Shown here in pieces: positions 28,439 to 43,385 of a DNA stretch of 64,000 nt. Under the pieces are notes generated by a model that searched no databases, had not been told where the DNA came from, and saw only the letters and a list, made by a program, of their open reading frames with translations. The translations under genes were made by a program, and so were the position numbers. Source of the DNA: the human T2T-CHM13v2.0 reference genome, Homo sapiens; assembly GCF_009914755.1 (NCBI RefSeq), contig NC_060925.1. One strand, 5' to 3'. How positions within the stretch are numbered: the stretch's first letter is position 1; each line of letters opens with the position of its first letter.

Positions 28439-29188
28439 CTACAGCCATAAAGAGAGCAATAATCAGTCAAAATGATTACCCCATACTCCTCAGGATAAAC
28501 AAGAAATTAGATCCACTTTTAAATAATCTCCCATCAATTTTTTTTTATTTGCAAGATGAGAACATTGATCTAACAATGCCATACTAATCTATTTTTTTTG
28601 GTTTTTAGAAACTTTTATCTAGTTTGTGGAGAGATTAAATATAGAATATATGATAAAAGGAAGTATTTTGGAGGAAGTGCACTATGCTATAAAGGATTTC
28701 TCGAAAAAGTGGCAGATAGATACATAAGCTCTAAAATAAATATGCAAAAAAGTCCACAGTAAATATAGATAAACAAGTGTTCTAATTATGGCAATTCATG
28801 GACATGTAGATAATATTAATGTAGAAGACACAATTTAATAATTGCACCCTGGTAATGCTTCAGTAAAAGTAAGAGAGAGAGAGAAGAGTGTGTGTGTATG
28901 TATACTTATGTATGAACAAGAATTGGAAATAAATCAGAACTATGTAAACAGAAATCAATATTTACTGGCTCTCCTCACAAAGTTCATATTACAAAAGAAA
29001 AGTAGAAGCGCTAAAATCTCTCACTTGCTAATTGACAATGATGGAACTAGTAACTGCTCTTTTTGGTTTTCTTCCCCCTTATAAAGCAAAATCCCTGGTT
29101 TTCAGAAAATGATGGAAGGGGGTCATGCTTCAGGCTCAGGATACAAGTGGGAGAGGAACACCAAGTCAGAGATAGGTTTTGCTCTTAC

Positions 29189-29326
29189 TTGCATAGTAGC
29201 TTCATTGGAGGAGAGGACATCGCGCAGTCTCTCTAGGTCATGATCTCGCTCTCTCACAGCAAGACGAAGCTGGCGCAGTTCTTTTTCTTTCTCTTCTAGA
29301 GCAGAGAATTTTTCATCTATAGCCCG
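29189..29326 (-). CDS. PDE4DIP: 138-nt exon (RAIDEKFSAL...NEATMQ)
   Basis: ttgcag / gtaaga boundaries. Confidence 0.92.
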
Positions 29327-29508
29327 CTGCAAGGAAAGGAAGACTCCTAAAGCTCTGTAAGATTTACTATCCTGATCACTCTTATTCAACAAGATGGCAG
29401 AATAGAAAACCAAATCCCAAAGCAGCAAATTTAAGCAAACACAAATTTCTATAATACCTATGTAGATAGAATAATCCATAGCATAGTGGGCGAAATGATG
29501 ATACATAC

Positions 29509-29622
29509 CTCCAGAGCAACAGCTTTATCACGTATTCGCTGGCGAAGTTTCTCAAGCAACATTTCATTTGCTTCAAGGGTTTTGTCTGAGTTATCTCGAT
29601 ACTGTAGGAGCTCCCGAAATTC
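29509..29622 (-). CDS. PDE4DIP: 114-nt exon (EFRELLQYRD...KAVALE)
   Basis: tctcag / gtatgt boundaries; manual translation. Confidence 0.92.
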
Positions 29623-30522
29623 CTGAGACCAAAAATAGTTTCTTTTATTCTTTTATCCAATATTAACTAAATTACCAAGTAATTTGCTAGTTATTCAGGA
29701 TAAAAAAAAAACAAGATGTGATCACTCTCCTCAAAAGTAACAAGTTTAGCAGAGATAACAGACATATAAACTGTAAACTATTCTGCAACATACAACAGAC
29801 ACAACACATAGAATTAACTGTTCTGCAACATACGCTAGCCACCAGGGGAACACAGGATGCACTGCCTAACTCTGCCTGAAGGTGTCAGTAAAGACCTCAC
29901 AGAGGAGGTAATATTTGCAGTGAGTCTTAATTAAAGGACTAGGATTTCCTAAGTGAAGAAGGGAGAGGAGGATACGTTAGAGAAAAAAAAATATGCACAC
30001 TATGCATACAATGAAAAAATTGTACATTCAGTGAAATGTAGTGGATTCAATGTGACTGAAGCTTAGAGTAGGTGGCAGAACAGATCAGTCTCTTCTTAAT
30101 GCTCCATCTTCCCCTCAAACTTTTATTCTATCATCAAAATTACTCTGTGGAAGTTTCTGTACAGTTTGTCTTCATCTATTAAACTGAGATCAGTAGCCAA
30201 ATCTTTTGTCTTCCCAACACCCAGAAAAGTGTTTGATTCACAGAGGTGCTTAATAACTATTTTCTGAATATTAAGTCTTTATAAAAGACTTCATAAAAGA
30301 CTGCTTAAGTCAGGGCTATATGTACTGTTTCTTATACTTGTTAGTAAGCATCTTAATTCACAAATTATATTTTCTATTTATTTTAAATCCTCCTGATTCC
30401 CACCTCTCTCAATGTTTTCCATATGGCAGGGACTCAGCACAGGTGGATTAATATCTTAAAATTATATAAACAAATTTCAGAGTTCTATGAGCCCAGTTTT
30501 CATTGAAATCATGTAAACTCAC

Positions 30523-30681
30523 CTGAAGCAACTGCTCCTTGTGACTCAGACTATGGTTTAGGTGCTGGATGTTTTGTTCCTGGGTTCGAATCTCATTGTA
30601 TTTTTCAGCCTCCCAGGCACGAAGCTGTTGGCTCTTATTCTGCAATACTTCTTGTAGCTGCTGCAAGGCTTTTCGCAATTC
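30523..30681 (-). CDS. PDE4DIP: 159-nt exon (ELRKALQQLQEV...KEQLLQ)
   Basis: ttcag / gtgagt boundaries. Confidence 0.92.
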
Positions 30682-31261
30682 CTGAATTAAACATATTACC
30701 TTTTTAAAGAGATCTAAAATTGTCACATGGTTATTAGATACAGAGGCCTTAAAATTTTCAAGGTATATAAACTGAAAGAGGAGTAGAGGGTGCCATTATT
30801 AAAATTGCTATAGAAGTATTATACATGAATTGAATAGGATATGGAAAATTGTAAAAGTTGTGAATGGGGTAGGAAGTAAGCTTGATATTATAGTTCAATA
30901 CTTATTTTTTGGCTTAAAAAGAATACATCTATAGAACCATTAAGTGAGAATCTGTCCTACGGTAAACCTGGATTATTTACAATAAGCTCAAGGATAAACT
31001 ATTCCTATCATCCTTTTTTCTAAAGATCTCATAGAGACCATCACTCTTCTTTCTTAGTTTGCCATAATTATTTTTCTAATAATAAAGTCAGTAATCTTTA
31101 AATCATCTGTTACTTTAGAAAGCTACCAAATACATATTCTCAACTAAACAAATCTTGGGGAAATGTTTCCTTTAGCTAAATAACAAAAAGTTAAGAATTA
31201 TTTCTACCTCCATCCCTCCACCACTCCCCGACCCTGCCCAGACATCTGAAATTTTAATATT

Positions 31262-32575
<1,314 letters not shown>

Positions 32576-32811
32576 TTACCCATCCTTCAAGAATAACCTC
32601 AGATGTCTCCTCCTTCATGAAGTTTTCCTTGATTCCTTTTCCTTGACTCCTTTCCTAGATATTCCTGTAGGACCCCATATATACATCCCCTTCAGAATTT
32701 ACCACACTGAAACTCAGCTTATGTGACTGTCTCTCTTACTGAACTATAAGTAACTTAAAAGAAAGGAGCCTGTGCTATTCATCCTTGTATTTCCAGGGCA
32801 CAACTCAATAC

Positions 32812-33380
<569 letters not shown>

Positions 33381-33530
33381 TAACTAGCATATGGTACAAG
33401 GGCAGCAAGTGTTGAACTGAAATACTTAGATTATGCAACTGACTCAAGGGTTCAACACAAACTGTCCTGCTAAAAAGTTATGATCAGGGCAAAGTCAGCA
33501 TTTAGGGCAATAAAATAGTTAATGATTTAC

Positions 33531-33743
33531 CTGGTTATGTTTCCAAGAAGCCTCTTTCTGCTGTTCACTCTCGTGTGCTGCAGCCTCTACAAATTGCACA
33601 CATTGTTTGGCATCAGCCAGTTGGCGCTCTTTCTGTCGTACCACCCTCTGGAGCTTCTGTATTTCAAGTTGGCTGCAGAATAAAGCACTCTGAAGATCAA
33701 GCAGAGCTACCTGTTGCTGAGCTGGAGAAGTACCCTCTGAGCT
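33531..33743 (-). CDS. PDE4DIP: 213-nt exon (SSEGTSPAQQ...WKHNQ)
   Basis: ttttcag / gtaaat boundaries; manual translation is open. Confidence 0.92.
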
Positions 33744-33882
33744 CTGAAAAGAGAGTAGAAATCACAATCACAAGGAGGGCAAGCACTGAGCTCCCACAAA
33801 GACTGAAAATAAAATCAAGACTGCAACCAAAATGGCACATCCCCAACTGAAGTCTCTCCTGTCCTATGTGACCCTCACATAC

Positions 33883-33975
33883 GTGAAGTTGTCCAAGCTG
33901 GCTTTGGTGCAGCATTTCTCGAAGCTTTGCCATTGTGTCATTTTGACCTTCAATTACCTGGTACAACTCCTCAGT
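33883..33975 (-). CDS. PDE4DIP: 93-nt exon (TEELYQVIEG...LGQLH)
   Basis: ttttcag / gtatgt boundaries. Confidence 0.92.
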
Positions 33976-34214
33976 CTGAAAATGAGAGAGGGAATATCAA
34001 ATATGTTAGTAAACTAATTATAAATTCCATTATATCACCTGTACACATTTTAGTAACAGGACTATTCCAAAATATCAATTGAGATTAAGCTACAACTTCT
34101 CCAGGCTAAGACATGCTAGTCTGACAATATCCATTTTGACAAAATATAAAATACTTGTCTACTTTGAAGGGACCAATTGTTTCCACACAGGTCCTTGATT
34201 GGTAAATATGTTAC

Positions 34215-34334
34215 CTCACGTTCCCTGCTTTTCAGAGTTTCCTTGAGGTTCTGAATTGTACCATCTTGCTTTTGAGACAACTCCTGAGCACACTTTAGTT
34301 CATAGCTCATTTCATTAAGTTTCTCTTGAAGAAT
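34215..34334 (-). CDS. PDE4DIP: 120-nt exon (ILQEKLNEMSYELK...KSRERE)
   Basis: ttcag / gtaaca boundaries; open frame. Confidence 0.92.
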
Positions 34335-34855
34335 CTGAATTCAGCAAAGAAAAACAGTTTTTTAGGTCAATGATGTCTTTTAGCCTCAAATGAATAAAGC
34401 CTTTCCTCAAATCTAGGATTTAAAGAATTTCTTAGGGGATATTACCTTGTTATTTTTCCTACATAGAGTAACCATTAAAGTGGTAAGTCAATCAGCAACA
34501 AAAAGTAGCAGGAGAAATGAAATACTTCCTTCAATACTAAATTGTCTCAATTTTCATGCACTGTGATCTCTCTATGATGGTAGCCATACTAGGAACTTGT
34601 CCACATGGACCAAGTAGGCAAGTGGTTTCTAATATGGATCCCTTATACAAGGACCAAAGAGCTTCTGCTATCTAGCATAGGAGAGGGCACTATAAGGGCA
34701 CCCAGGCCACAAGTTCAGCATCCCAAATTGTAGCAATTTTCTTCTAAGCCAGACATTAAAATTCATGGGCTAGAAAGTAGTAACAAGTTAAGCTAAAATA
34801 AAAAACACAGACCTCCTATCTCAGTGCCTTTTACAGTGGAAGATTGCATGCAAGT

Positions 34856-35146
34856 GTTTTTTTGAGACAGAGTCTCTCTCTGTTGCCCAGGCCTGAGTGC
34901 AGTGGCATGGTCCTGGCTCACTGCAACATCCACCTCCTGGGTTCAAGCGATTGTCTTGCCTCAGCCTCCCAAGTAGGTGGGATTACAGGCGTCTGCCACA
35001 ACGCCTGGCTAATTTTTTTTTTATTTTTTAGTAGAGACAGGGTTTCACCATGTTGGCCAGGCTGGTCTCGAACTCCTGACCTCGTGATCCTCCTGCCTTG
35101 GCCTCCCAAAGCACTGGCATTACAGGCATGAGCCACTGCGCCGGCC
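34856..35146 (-). mobile_element. Alu (S-type)
   Basis: Reverse Alu; TSD tgcatgcaagt. Confidence 0.95.
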
Positions 35147-35386
35147 TGCATGCAAGTTTTAATTACACACCTGAAAAGCACCAGAAATTATGATCTGTAT
35201 AGAACAAGCTAAAATCTTCATAAGAATAAAGGGAAGAACTACACTTTTACATGAAATATTCCCTAGAGCACAAGGAGTACACAGTATTCATCTCCCAAGT
35301 CCTACAAAGGTTGACAGACTCAGGCTAGAGCCAGTCACATCCTCAGGAAAACCTTGTCATCTCCTAGGGCATAGTACTAATCATAC

Positions 35387-35518
35387 CTTGTTGGTGGCCT
35401 CTGTTTGCTGGATTTTTTCCTGGAGTTCTGCCAAGTGGGAATCAGATACAGACTGCTGAGTTATAGTGGTCTCATGTGAATTCAGCTTTTGTTGTTTCAG
35501 CAACTCTTCAGTCATGGG
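35387..35518 (-). CDS. PDE4DIP: 132-nt exon (PMTEELLKQQ...TEATNK), first exon shared by long and SMYLE isoforms
   Basis: ttcctag acceptor, AAG|gtatga donor, phase 0/0. Confidence 0.93.
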
Positions 35519-37283
35519 CTAGGAAGAAACGGCAAAACGAGTAAGGTGAGTTAAACATGGCCAACAAAATTTTTTTTTTGTCTTCAAAAATGTCTGTTGC
35601 ATCTTTTGCCAGAGATTTAGAGAATCAGATTTGTTGCATAAATTATCAGTATGAATTCCTAAAGACAGGTCTGTTCCTTATTAAGAACACTGATTCACCT
35701 CCATTTGTACTATGCTCCCCAGCTTCCCTCTCCACTTTTCTGTACCAATTCACACAAACACTACATGTTTATTCAGCGAAAGCAAGTAATTCAGAGTTCA
35801 ATGAGAAGGGGAGGATTTAATAAAGGAAATGCTTACAATGACCAAATATTTGCTTTATTCTATTTTTAATCAAGGAGTTGAAAAGGCATACTCATCAAAC
35901 TTACACTTCCTGAGAGAAGTTACATTCCGGCTACCTTTCTTACAACATGCTTGTTTCACATTATTGGAAAAAATTGGCAGATTTTGATATGGATTATATA
36001 TTAGGTAACAGTATTTTATCAATGTCTAATTTTCTAAATTTGATAGTTGTACTGTAATTATATAAGAGATGTCCTTGTCCTTAAGAAATAATGCTTAAGT
36101 ATTTAGGGTAAAGGAGTATACTATCTACAACTAATTCTCAAATGGTTCAAGAATTTTTAAAAAATACTGTGCAAATACAGACAGTGGGAGAGTTTATAAA
36201 GCAAATGTGACAAAATATTTGCAACTGGTAAATCTGGGTAAAGGGTATATGGGAGTTCTTGGTATTTCTCTTATAACATCTCTGTACGTTTGAAATTATT
36301 TCAAAATAAAAAGAGAAAAATTAAAATAAATTTAAAATAGATGTGCCTAAAGGCAGATTTATAGCATAAGCACAGATAAATAATCCATAGTGAAATGGGA
36401 AAGAGATATATTTTATAGGAATATCAATTCACTTAAAAGATTCAGGAGAAAAAAGTATGATTTTATATATGGGATAATTTATATATGGAACAATGATTTA
36501 TATATGGGACAATAAGATAAACTTATTGAACTATTCTTAGTAATCATTACAAGCTAAGGATGTTAAAATAAAACTACAAATTTACTGCGGCAATTAAATT
36601 TGATCTTCCCGCCTCCATACCTGCTTCCATTCCAATTAGGAATATAAACTCATTAAGAGAGAAAAGGCAACTGCTATTCATTTTTTGTTTCCCTCACACT
36701 TTCAGACTTGATTACCACCTTCAAGGCAGTGGAGTTACAGCTTACCTTAAATCCCTTCCTGCCAGCAACTGACTGGAAGCATAAAAATTGCAGAAGAAAA
36801 ATCTCTTCTATTCCTCCAGTGCTATTTATCAACTTTTCTAACACCTACTAAATGCTATAATAAGCAAAGCACCATGTGAGGCACTGTGAGGAATACAATG
36901 CTGACATAACATATATCTGTTGCACACTAACTATGTGCTAGGCACTGTCTTGAAGATAGAGTATCATGCAAGACAAAGTCCCTGTGCTCTTGAAACTTAT
37001 ATTTTGCAGGGGTTGGAGTGGGGAGTACATGATAAACAAACAAGGAAATGCAAAAAATATTATGGACAAGCCCTGTGTGGCAAAACAGGAAAGCATAATA
37101 CAGAGTGGGTGGTTAAATTACCCTAAATTGTTTGATCAGAGAAAGGTCTTTATGAGGCAGCATTTAAATAGATATCTGAAGGAAAAAGAATCAGTCCTGC
37201 AAAGATCAGCAGAACAATCCAGGCAGAAAGAACAGCTAATGGAATATGAGCCTGGAAAAGAGAAAGGCCTCTGTGGCTAGAAT

Positions 37284-37612
37284 AGCACTCTCCAATAGAA
37301 ATATAATGTGAGCCATGTATGTAATTTTTAATTTTCTAGTAGCTTCAATGAACAAAGTACAAAATAAATAGGTAAACTTAATTTTAACAAAATATTTTAT
37401 TTAACCCAATATATCCAAAATGTTATCATAAACATGTAAATAATATAAAAATTATTAATGAGATAACATTATTATCTGAGATAATATTACATGATTTTTC
37501 ATAAGTCTGAAATTCAAGGTATATTTTATACTCACAGCACATCTCAATTTGGACTAGCCACATTTCAAGGGTTCAACAGCTCCTAAGACTAGTGGCTAGC
37601 TTACTGGATAGC
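37284..37612. mobile_element. hAT-Charlie MITE (MER33-like); related MER3-like relics at ~4260-4400 and ~16410-16615
   Basis: tccaatagaaatataatgtgagcc...gtggctagcttactggatagcacag termini. Confidence 0.7.
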
Positions 37613-40600
37613 ACAGGGCTAGAGCATAGTGGGCAAAGGGGACAGGGAAACTCAATGAGATGGAGAGGCAGGCAGGCACCAGGTCACATCCAGCTTCAGA
37701 CAACAAAGTTAATGAACTGGATTTCATTTTAATTGAAATGAGAATAGACTGCAGTTTTTTAACAGGTAATCATACAGAAGTTTTGAAAAGATCATGCTAT
37801 GGTGAATGAATTATTGGGGAGCACCAAGAGAAGCAGAGAGACCAGGTAGGAGGCTGCTGCGGTAGTGCAGGTGAAAGACAATAGTAGCTTGGATCCTGGT
37901 GGTTAGTAAAGGGAGGGGGAAATAAATGGATAGATATGGATATGTTTTGAAAGTATAGCTAACAGGACTTGCTGGTGGACTGGATAGAGGGAGAGGGAAA
38001 AAAGCAGCAAGGATAATGACTTCTGGAAAAATTATTTGAGATATTTGTTGTTGTGGGTATAACAGGAAGCCTTCACCTGAGGCAATATGAACTATGTCAC
38101 ACCATGGGCAAAGTAACCACATTAACAGATGTTTACAATGATTCTAACTAATAAATAAATTCATCATTTACTTAATGATAAAACCATCTCTATAAAATTT
38201 GGCTTCTTACTTCTTCAGCGTAAAACAACAGTAACACCTACAGTAAGATACTTTGAAATTCAAACTACAACAGGCAGAATTAAAGAAAATAGCTTCAAGT
38301 TTAAAATGGCAAGGAAGGTGGTCATATTTATTTACTTTAAACCAAACAATCTTACAGTGGTGAAGGAAACTTTATAAACTAACCATCTGATCCAATCCTA
38401 TTTTACATACAAGGAAATGGAAACTTAGAGAAGTAATTAGTCCAAGGTTTCATGGGAAATCAGGAAAAAGATCCAATTAAACTGAACTGGATTTCCACTC
38501 AGGTTGGGAATGTATCTCTCATTTCTATAAACCCATTGCCTACCATAATGCCGGGAATACTGCAGAGATCAAAAGTTTTTGTTTAATGAACAAATAAGAA
38601 CAATAAAAACAAACAAAAACGGGCCTTTAGTGGCTCTCTTAGAAATAAGACTGTATATAACATATATTCGAACAGCAACTTTAAAGCCAAAGAATGCCAC
38701 AGGAAAATACATAATGTATTTGAATCTCATATGAATCAATCTTGACATGAATAATAATAAGAAACCTCTTTTTCTATAAATAATGTACTGACCTAAAAGT
38801 TGGAAGATATTTGTTTCTTCTTTATTTGTAATAATTTACTATTTTGCATCTCAGAAAAATGTCCTTGCAGGTAACAGTCTGCTGAAAGAGCACTTAGCAA
38901 GTCCCACTAAGCCAACAACATAATGAATTCTTGTGAAGTATCAAGTACATAAAACAGTCACTCCTACAATGATAGTGTAGCCCATGAAATAAGTAATACC
39001 TGATTTGGTAGAATCAGTGTTACTCTCTAGACACTCAGGTACTAAAATCATGTGGAAATGATAATATAATTTTAAATTAAGTCACTTTTGACTCAGAATT
39101 AGGACAAAGGCTTTCCAGTATCAGAAAAGAGAACCGCTTCCAGGCCTAGTGTTGCACAATATGAGACTTTTTTTTAGGCTAAGGCCAGTTTTTAGACTTT
39201 TTGTGTTAACAGCAGTTTTCTTGGCACTTTCTAGTCCTCACAGTAGTGAGTTATAGATCTCAAACTGCTATAATTGTCAACCCTATTGTTAATAATAGGA
39301 GACAGACAAGAACCATTGACTACCATAAAATTAAAGGCCTAATCTTTTACCAGCATCTAATGCCAACATCTTCCAAAGGGCCTGATCCACTTCACATAAC
39401 TAAAATAAGAGTGGGATAAATTTACCATAGTCACAAAGGAGCAGACCTTGGCATTGCAAGGTTTAAGGCAAAGATCTTCTGTTCTTTGAATTTAGATAGA
39501 AAGGGAAATTGCACATGGGCCAGAGCTCATTGCTGTTTACTAAGGGACCACATCCCTCCCATCATAGCTTTTCTAGTTCAGGGCCAGACAATGAAGAAGG
39601 GAATTACCAGCTAGAAGAAGGCTTCAAACCTTTCTTTAGATATCTGAACAGCCTTAGGTCCTCATACATAAATTCTGTAGAAGGAAAATAAATTACTTTG
39701 TATAATATCAGAATATCAGTAAGCAGAACTACACTGTTGCTATTTTTCTTTAATAAATAAGAAAGGAACAAAGAAAAAGACGGAAAGAAGGAAAGAAAAA
39801 AAGAGGAAAAGCAATCAGGAGGAATCCTGATGTCAATATTTAATAGTGCATAAAATATGGTAAGTGGAGGATTAAACAAAGGAATCAAAATAACCTTACA
39901 GAACAATCTTGCTCTTTAAGATAAAAGGTTTTCTCCATATTTGTGGCAGAACTGAACTAAAGGAAACATTTTTTTCTTTCATGGTTTCGTGTTTCTACAA
40001 ACTAAAAAAGAGAACTACCAAAAAAAATTACATTATTTCTATTCTTTCCATATTTGTTCAGAGAAATAGACAAAAACCAGTCTGCCATTGTCCCATCTAG
40101 CACTGGTTTTGTCATAAGGCTCTTAAGGAGCTTAAAAGTAACCAGATTTAAACAATAGATACACTGCCCATTTTATTTACAAACATGTTGGGCCCAATTC
40201 ATCTATTTTCCCTGACATCCTAAATTATTAGAGAAAATGGCATAATAATTAAATGCCACATTTCTTGAAGCTGAATGACATTTTCTCCCACCTCCTAATT
40301 TTTGTTTTTCTAGAAACAGTAAACAATGTAAGTCAAGTCACAGCAGAAAGGTCATACACTACCATCTTAAAGCTCTAATGTCCAAATTTAGTGAAGTAAA
40401 GGGACTTGACCTAAAGATACAGTTACCATAGTTTATATGTGTTCATTCAGATGACAATTTTTTTCACATAATCTCTAAAGAATCCTCCGAGCATCCTTAG
40501 GTTAGAGAAAGAGGGCTCCTGGTTTAAAATAAGTACTTACTTAAATTAATATACTTCAGACAATGGGGTTTAATGTATAGAATTAAAGTGTCTTGCCTGA

Positions 40601-42260
40601 GAATGGTCAGAAATCTTTGTCTCTGCATGGGCTACGTTAGTTAAACAAGGAACTTTCTATATCTCCAAATTGAGAGACTGCCTGAAGATGATCTTTAAAA
40701 TCCTTCTCCACTCCAAAATCCAGTCACCAAAATACAGTATTTTATTTAAATACGGAGAAAAAAAGATCTTGTTTTGGCTGTTATTTTCTCAGTCTTTATG
40801 TAACGTTCTACAATATTGGTCATATTTGGTGGCGGGCTGGGGGGACGAGTTTATTTCCCATCCATCCTGGCCCAACTAATTTTAGACCCTAATATGAAAA
40901 CACCATGTTTAATTTGTAACACCTATGTCTAATCACAGAAATACTGTAAAGCCCAAATTTAGCTGCGAGGCTCCACTGAAAGAAAAAGCAAAAGAAAAGA
41001 AGTACACAGTGTTAAGCATACAGTGCTTAACATTTTATACAAAATGAAAATGCACTGACTTTTTACCTTTCATGACACTTTCATCTATGCTGTTTCTCAT
41101 CTATGCTGCTTCTCATAATTTTGTGTAAATTTAAAAACTTTTCTCCTGTTTTCTGCTTAGGTTCTTATTGTGATAGACAGTATACATACCATAGAACTAC
41201 TTTCCAAAAATTTCAAGTGGCCATCAACAATGTCACTTATCAAGCTCTAAATTTCTGGAATGACGTTGACCAGTAGCAGGCTTTCTAAAAAACGCCTTCT
41301 AGATCACATCTACCTTTGTGACAGTATTGTTAAATAAGTTGTATCAAGTGGAACATGCCAGAATGTTTCACAAAGTTTATTGAAGCTAGCATTTACTGTT
41401 GCTATAGAAACAAACTACCATAGTTGAATTTAAAAGGTTGGTACAGAATCAATTGGGCAGACACGAATAGCTCAAATTAAGCAATTAAGAATTCAAGACT
41501 GTAATGAATGAAACTCTCCTCTGATCCAATAATGGGTTAATCCTTTCTTAATATCAAATATCTTCCAGTAGAACTCAGTAGAGTTCTGGCTGTGAACAGT
41601 TTATGCCTTAACCTTTTGACTGACAATACTGTACTTGAATACTTGAATTCCTGTCTCTTTTATGAATGAGTCATCACTAATCCTCAAATGAACTATTAAT
41701 TCTAATTAATATGGTCCAGATGTTATAATACTTTACTGGTGGATTAATAGGCTTTCCCCAAACCTTTTACCTTATGCTCTAATCATTTACAGGCATTTTG
41801 CGGATGAAGGCTTTAATGCTCCAGGAAGAACTAACTAGAGAACTAACTGCCTTACAGAAAACCATTGGGAGGAAACGTCTATAAATCTGAAAACAAGAAC
41901 AAATCTTAAAAGTTGGAAAAAAAAAGAGGTAAGAGGAAAAGTTCTAGTGCCAGAAATGAGATTAAATGTCTTCTTTTTATAGGAAAAAAGTGAAGTAGGA
42001 ATTTTTACCTTTTTGTTTTAAAAGGTATACAATTTTGATAATGGGAAAGCCAACAGATTTTACAAAAAGGATTGTGAAAATCAAATTGAGTGCAAATCAC
42101 GTTTACTAAATGAGACATAGCAAAAGGTGCAGCAAAAATGGGGTCATGACTAATTTTCTCAAGTCCAGAATATTTCTAACCTCCACCTAGACCGAAATCA
42201 CGTGAAGCCAGAGGCCAGCTAGCTATAATCAGAAAGGCACTATGTAGACGTTTTGTATAC

Positions 42261-43385
42261 CTGGACCCGGAGAGGCAAATAATCTTCACAGAGATCATCC
42301 CACAGCTCCTGCAGGTCTGAAAGCTCCAAGGGATAACTCACAGGTGTCTTGTAAAGGGGTTTCAAAGACCTGTTAAGGAAACCGGAACTAACTCCATCTG
42401 TCATGCTAGGGCCAGGCTTGGCTCCAGGTAGGCTGGATTTCACTGGAATCGGAAGCCTGCTCCCTCGGGGGCTCTGGATGGGCTTATAATCAAGACCTTT
42501 AATCATGCTAAGAGCTAATTCCAGCTTGTGATTACACCCATGCTGCGGAGCCTGATCATCTGAACAACAGTCACACTTTCCAAGTTCCTTTGCACTTCTC
42601 TCAGTCTCCTCATCTTCCTGTTGTGGAGGGCTAGCCTGGACGCTTGCATCCAAAGATTCCACAGAGGAACCAGGCGTCTCTTCCTCCATGCTTTCTCCAT
42701 CTGGGGGTACCTTTGTGCTTGCTAAGTCGGGTGGCCCAACCTCAGACAACGCTGGTTCTTCAGCGCAAATGCTGGTCGACCACCTGCTAGAAGGGCCGCA
42801 GGAGATACTTCTGGCCACCTTTCGAGGTACCTTACAAATGGCTTCATAGTCAGAATCAGCAACCCGCAAAGCGGCACAACCACGGCATCTCCTGGGTCGG
42901 TTTCCAGGGCCTTCTGAACCATGGCAGCTGTGTGGCTCCTGGATCTGATCCTCATTCTCCACCCAGCACTCAAACCCTGAATAGGCGAAGTCCTCCTGGA
43001 GCAGTGTAGAGTATCTCGCATCGGGTAAGACGGACATGTCAACCGTCCCATTCCCCGCCTTGATCTCCACGCCAGAGTCATCGTTATTCTTCCGATACAT
43101 ACTGGCAATGCAGAACTTGAGGCGATCCTTCTCCAGTTGCAGCTTTTGCAAGCGCTCAATAGAAAGCGCTTCAATCCGGGCAATAACTGTGTCGAATCGA
43201 TAGATTCGATCAAGCATGAAAGCACACTTGCTGCAAGCGAACTCGGCTTTGCCATCGCGGGGGACATCCTTGCCCAAGACGTGCGAAAGCAGAACCTGGA
43301 GATTGAGCTTGGACGCCGTGTGGAAGATCCAGCGCCGCTGGTTTCCACACAGCTCTCGGGCACAGATCCTGCAAATCTCCTTCAT
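42261..43385 (-). CDS. PDE4DIP: Alternative first coding exon of the SMYLE/MMG8-type isoform, 375 codons (MKEICRIC...LPLRVQ)
   Basis: 381-aa ORF in track; aagATG start; CAG|gtatac donor; CxxC pairs and SRLP/SSLP EB1-type motifs. Confidence 0.95.

Noticed and set aside
36458-36515. Short degenerate tandem repeats (also ~29775-29832, ~41083-41117)
   Set aside because: Ordinary slippage duplications; no spacer structure, not CRISPR-like.
42722-43363. 213-aa alternative-frame ORF within the SMYLE exon
   Set aside because: Starts at GTG, has no recognisable motif, and is a shadow of the real frame.
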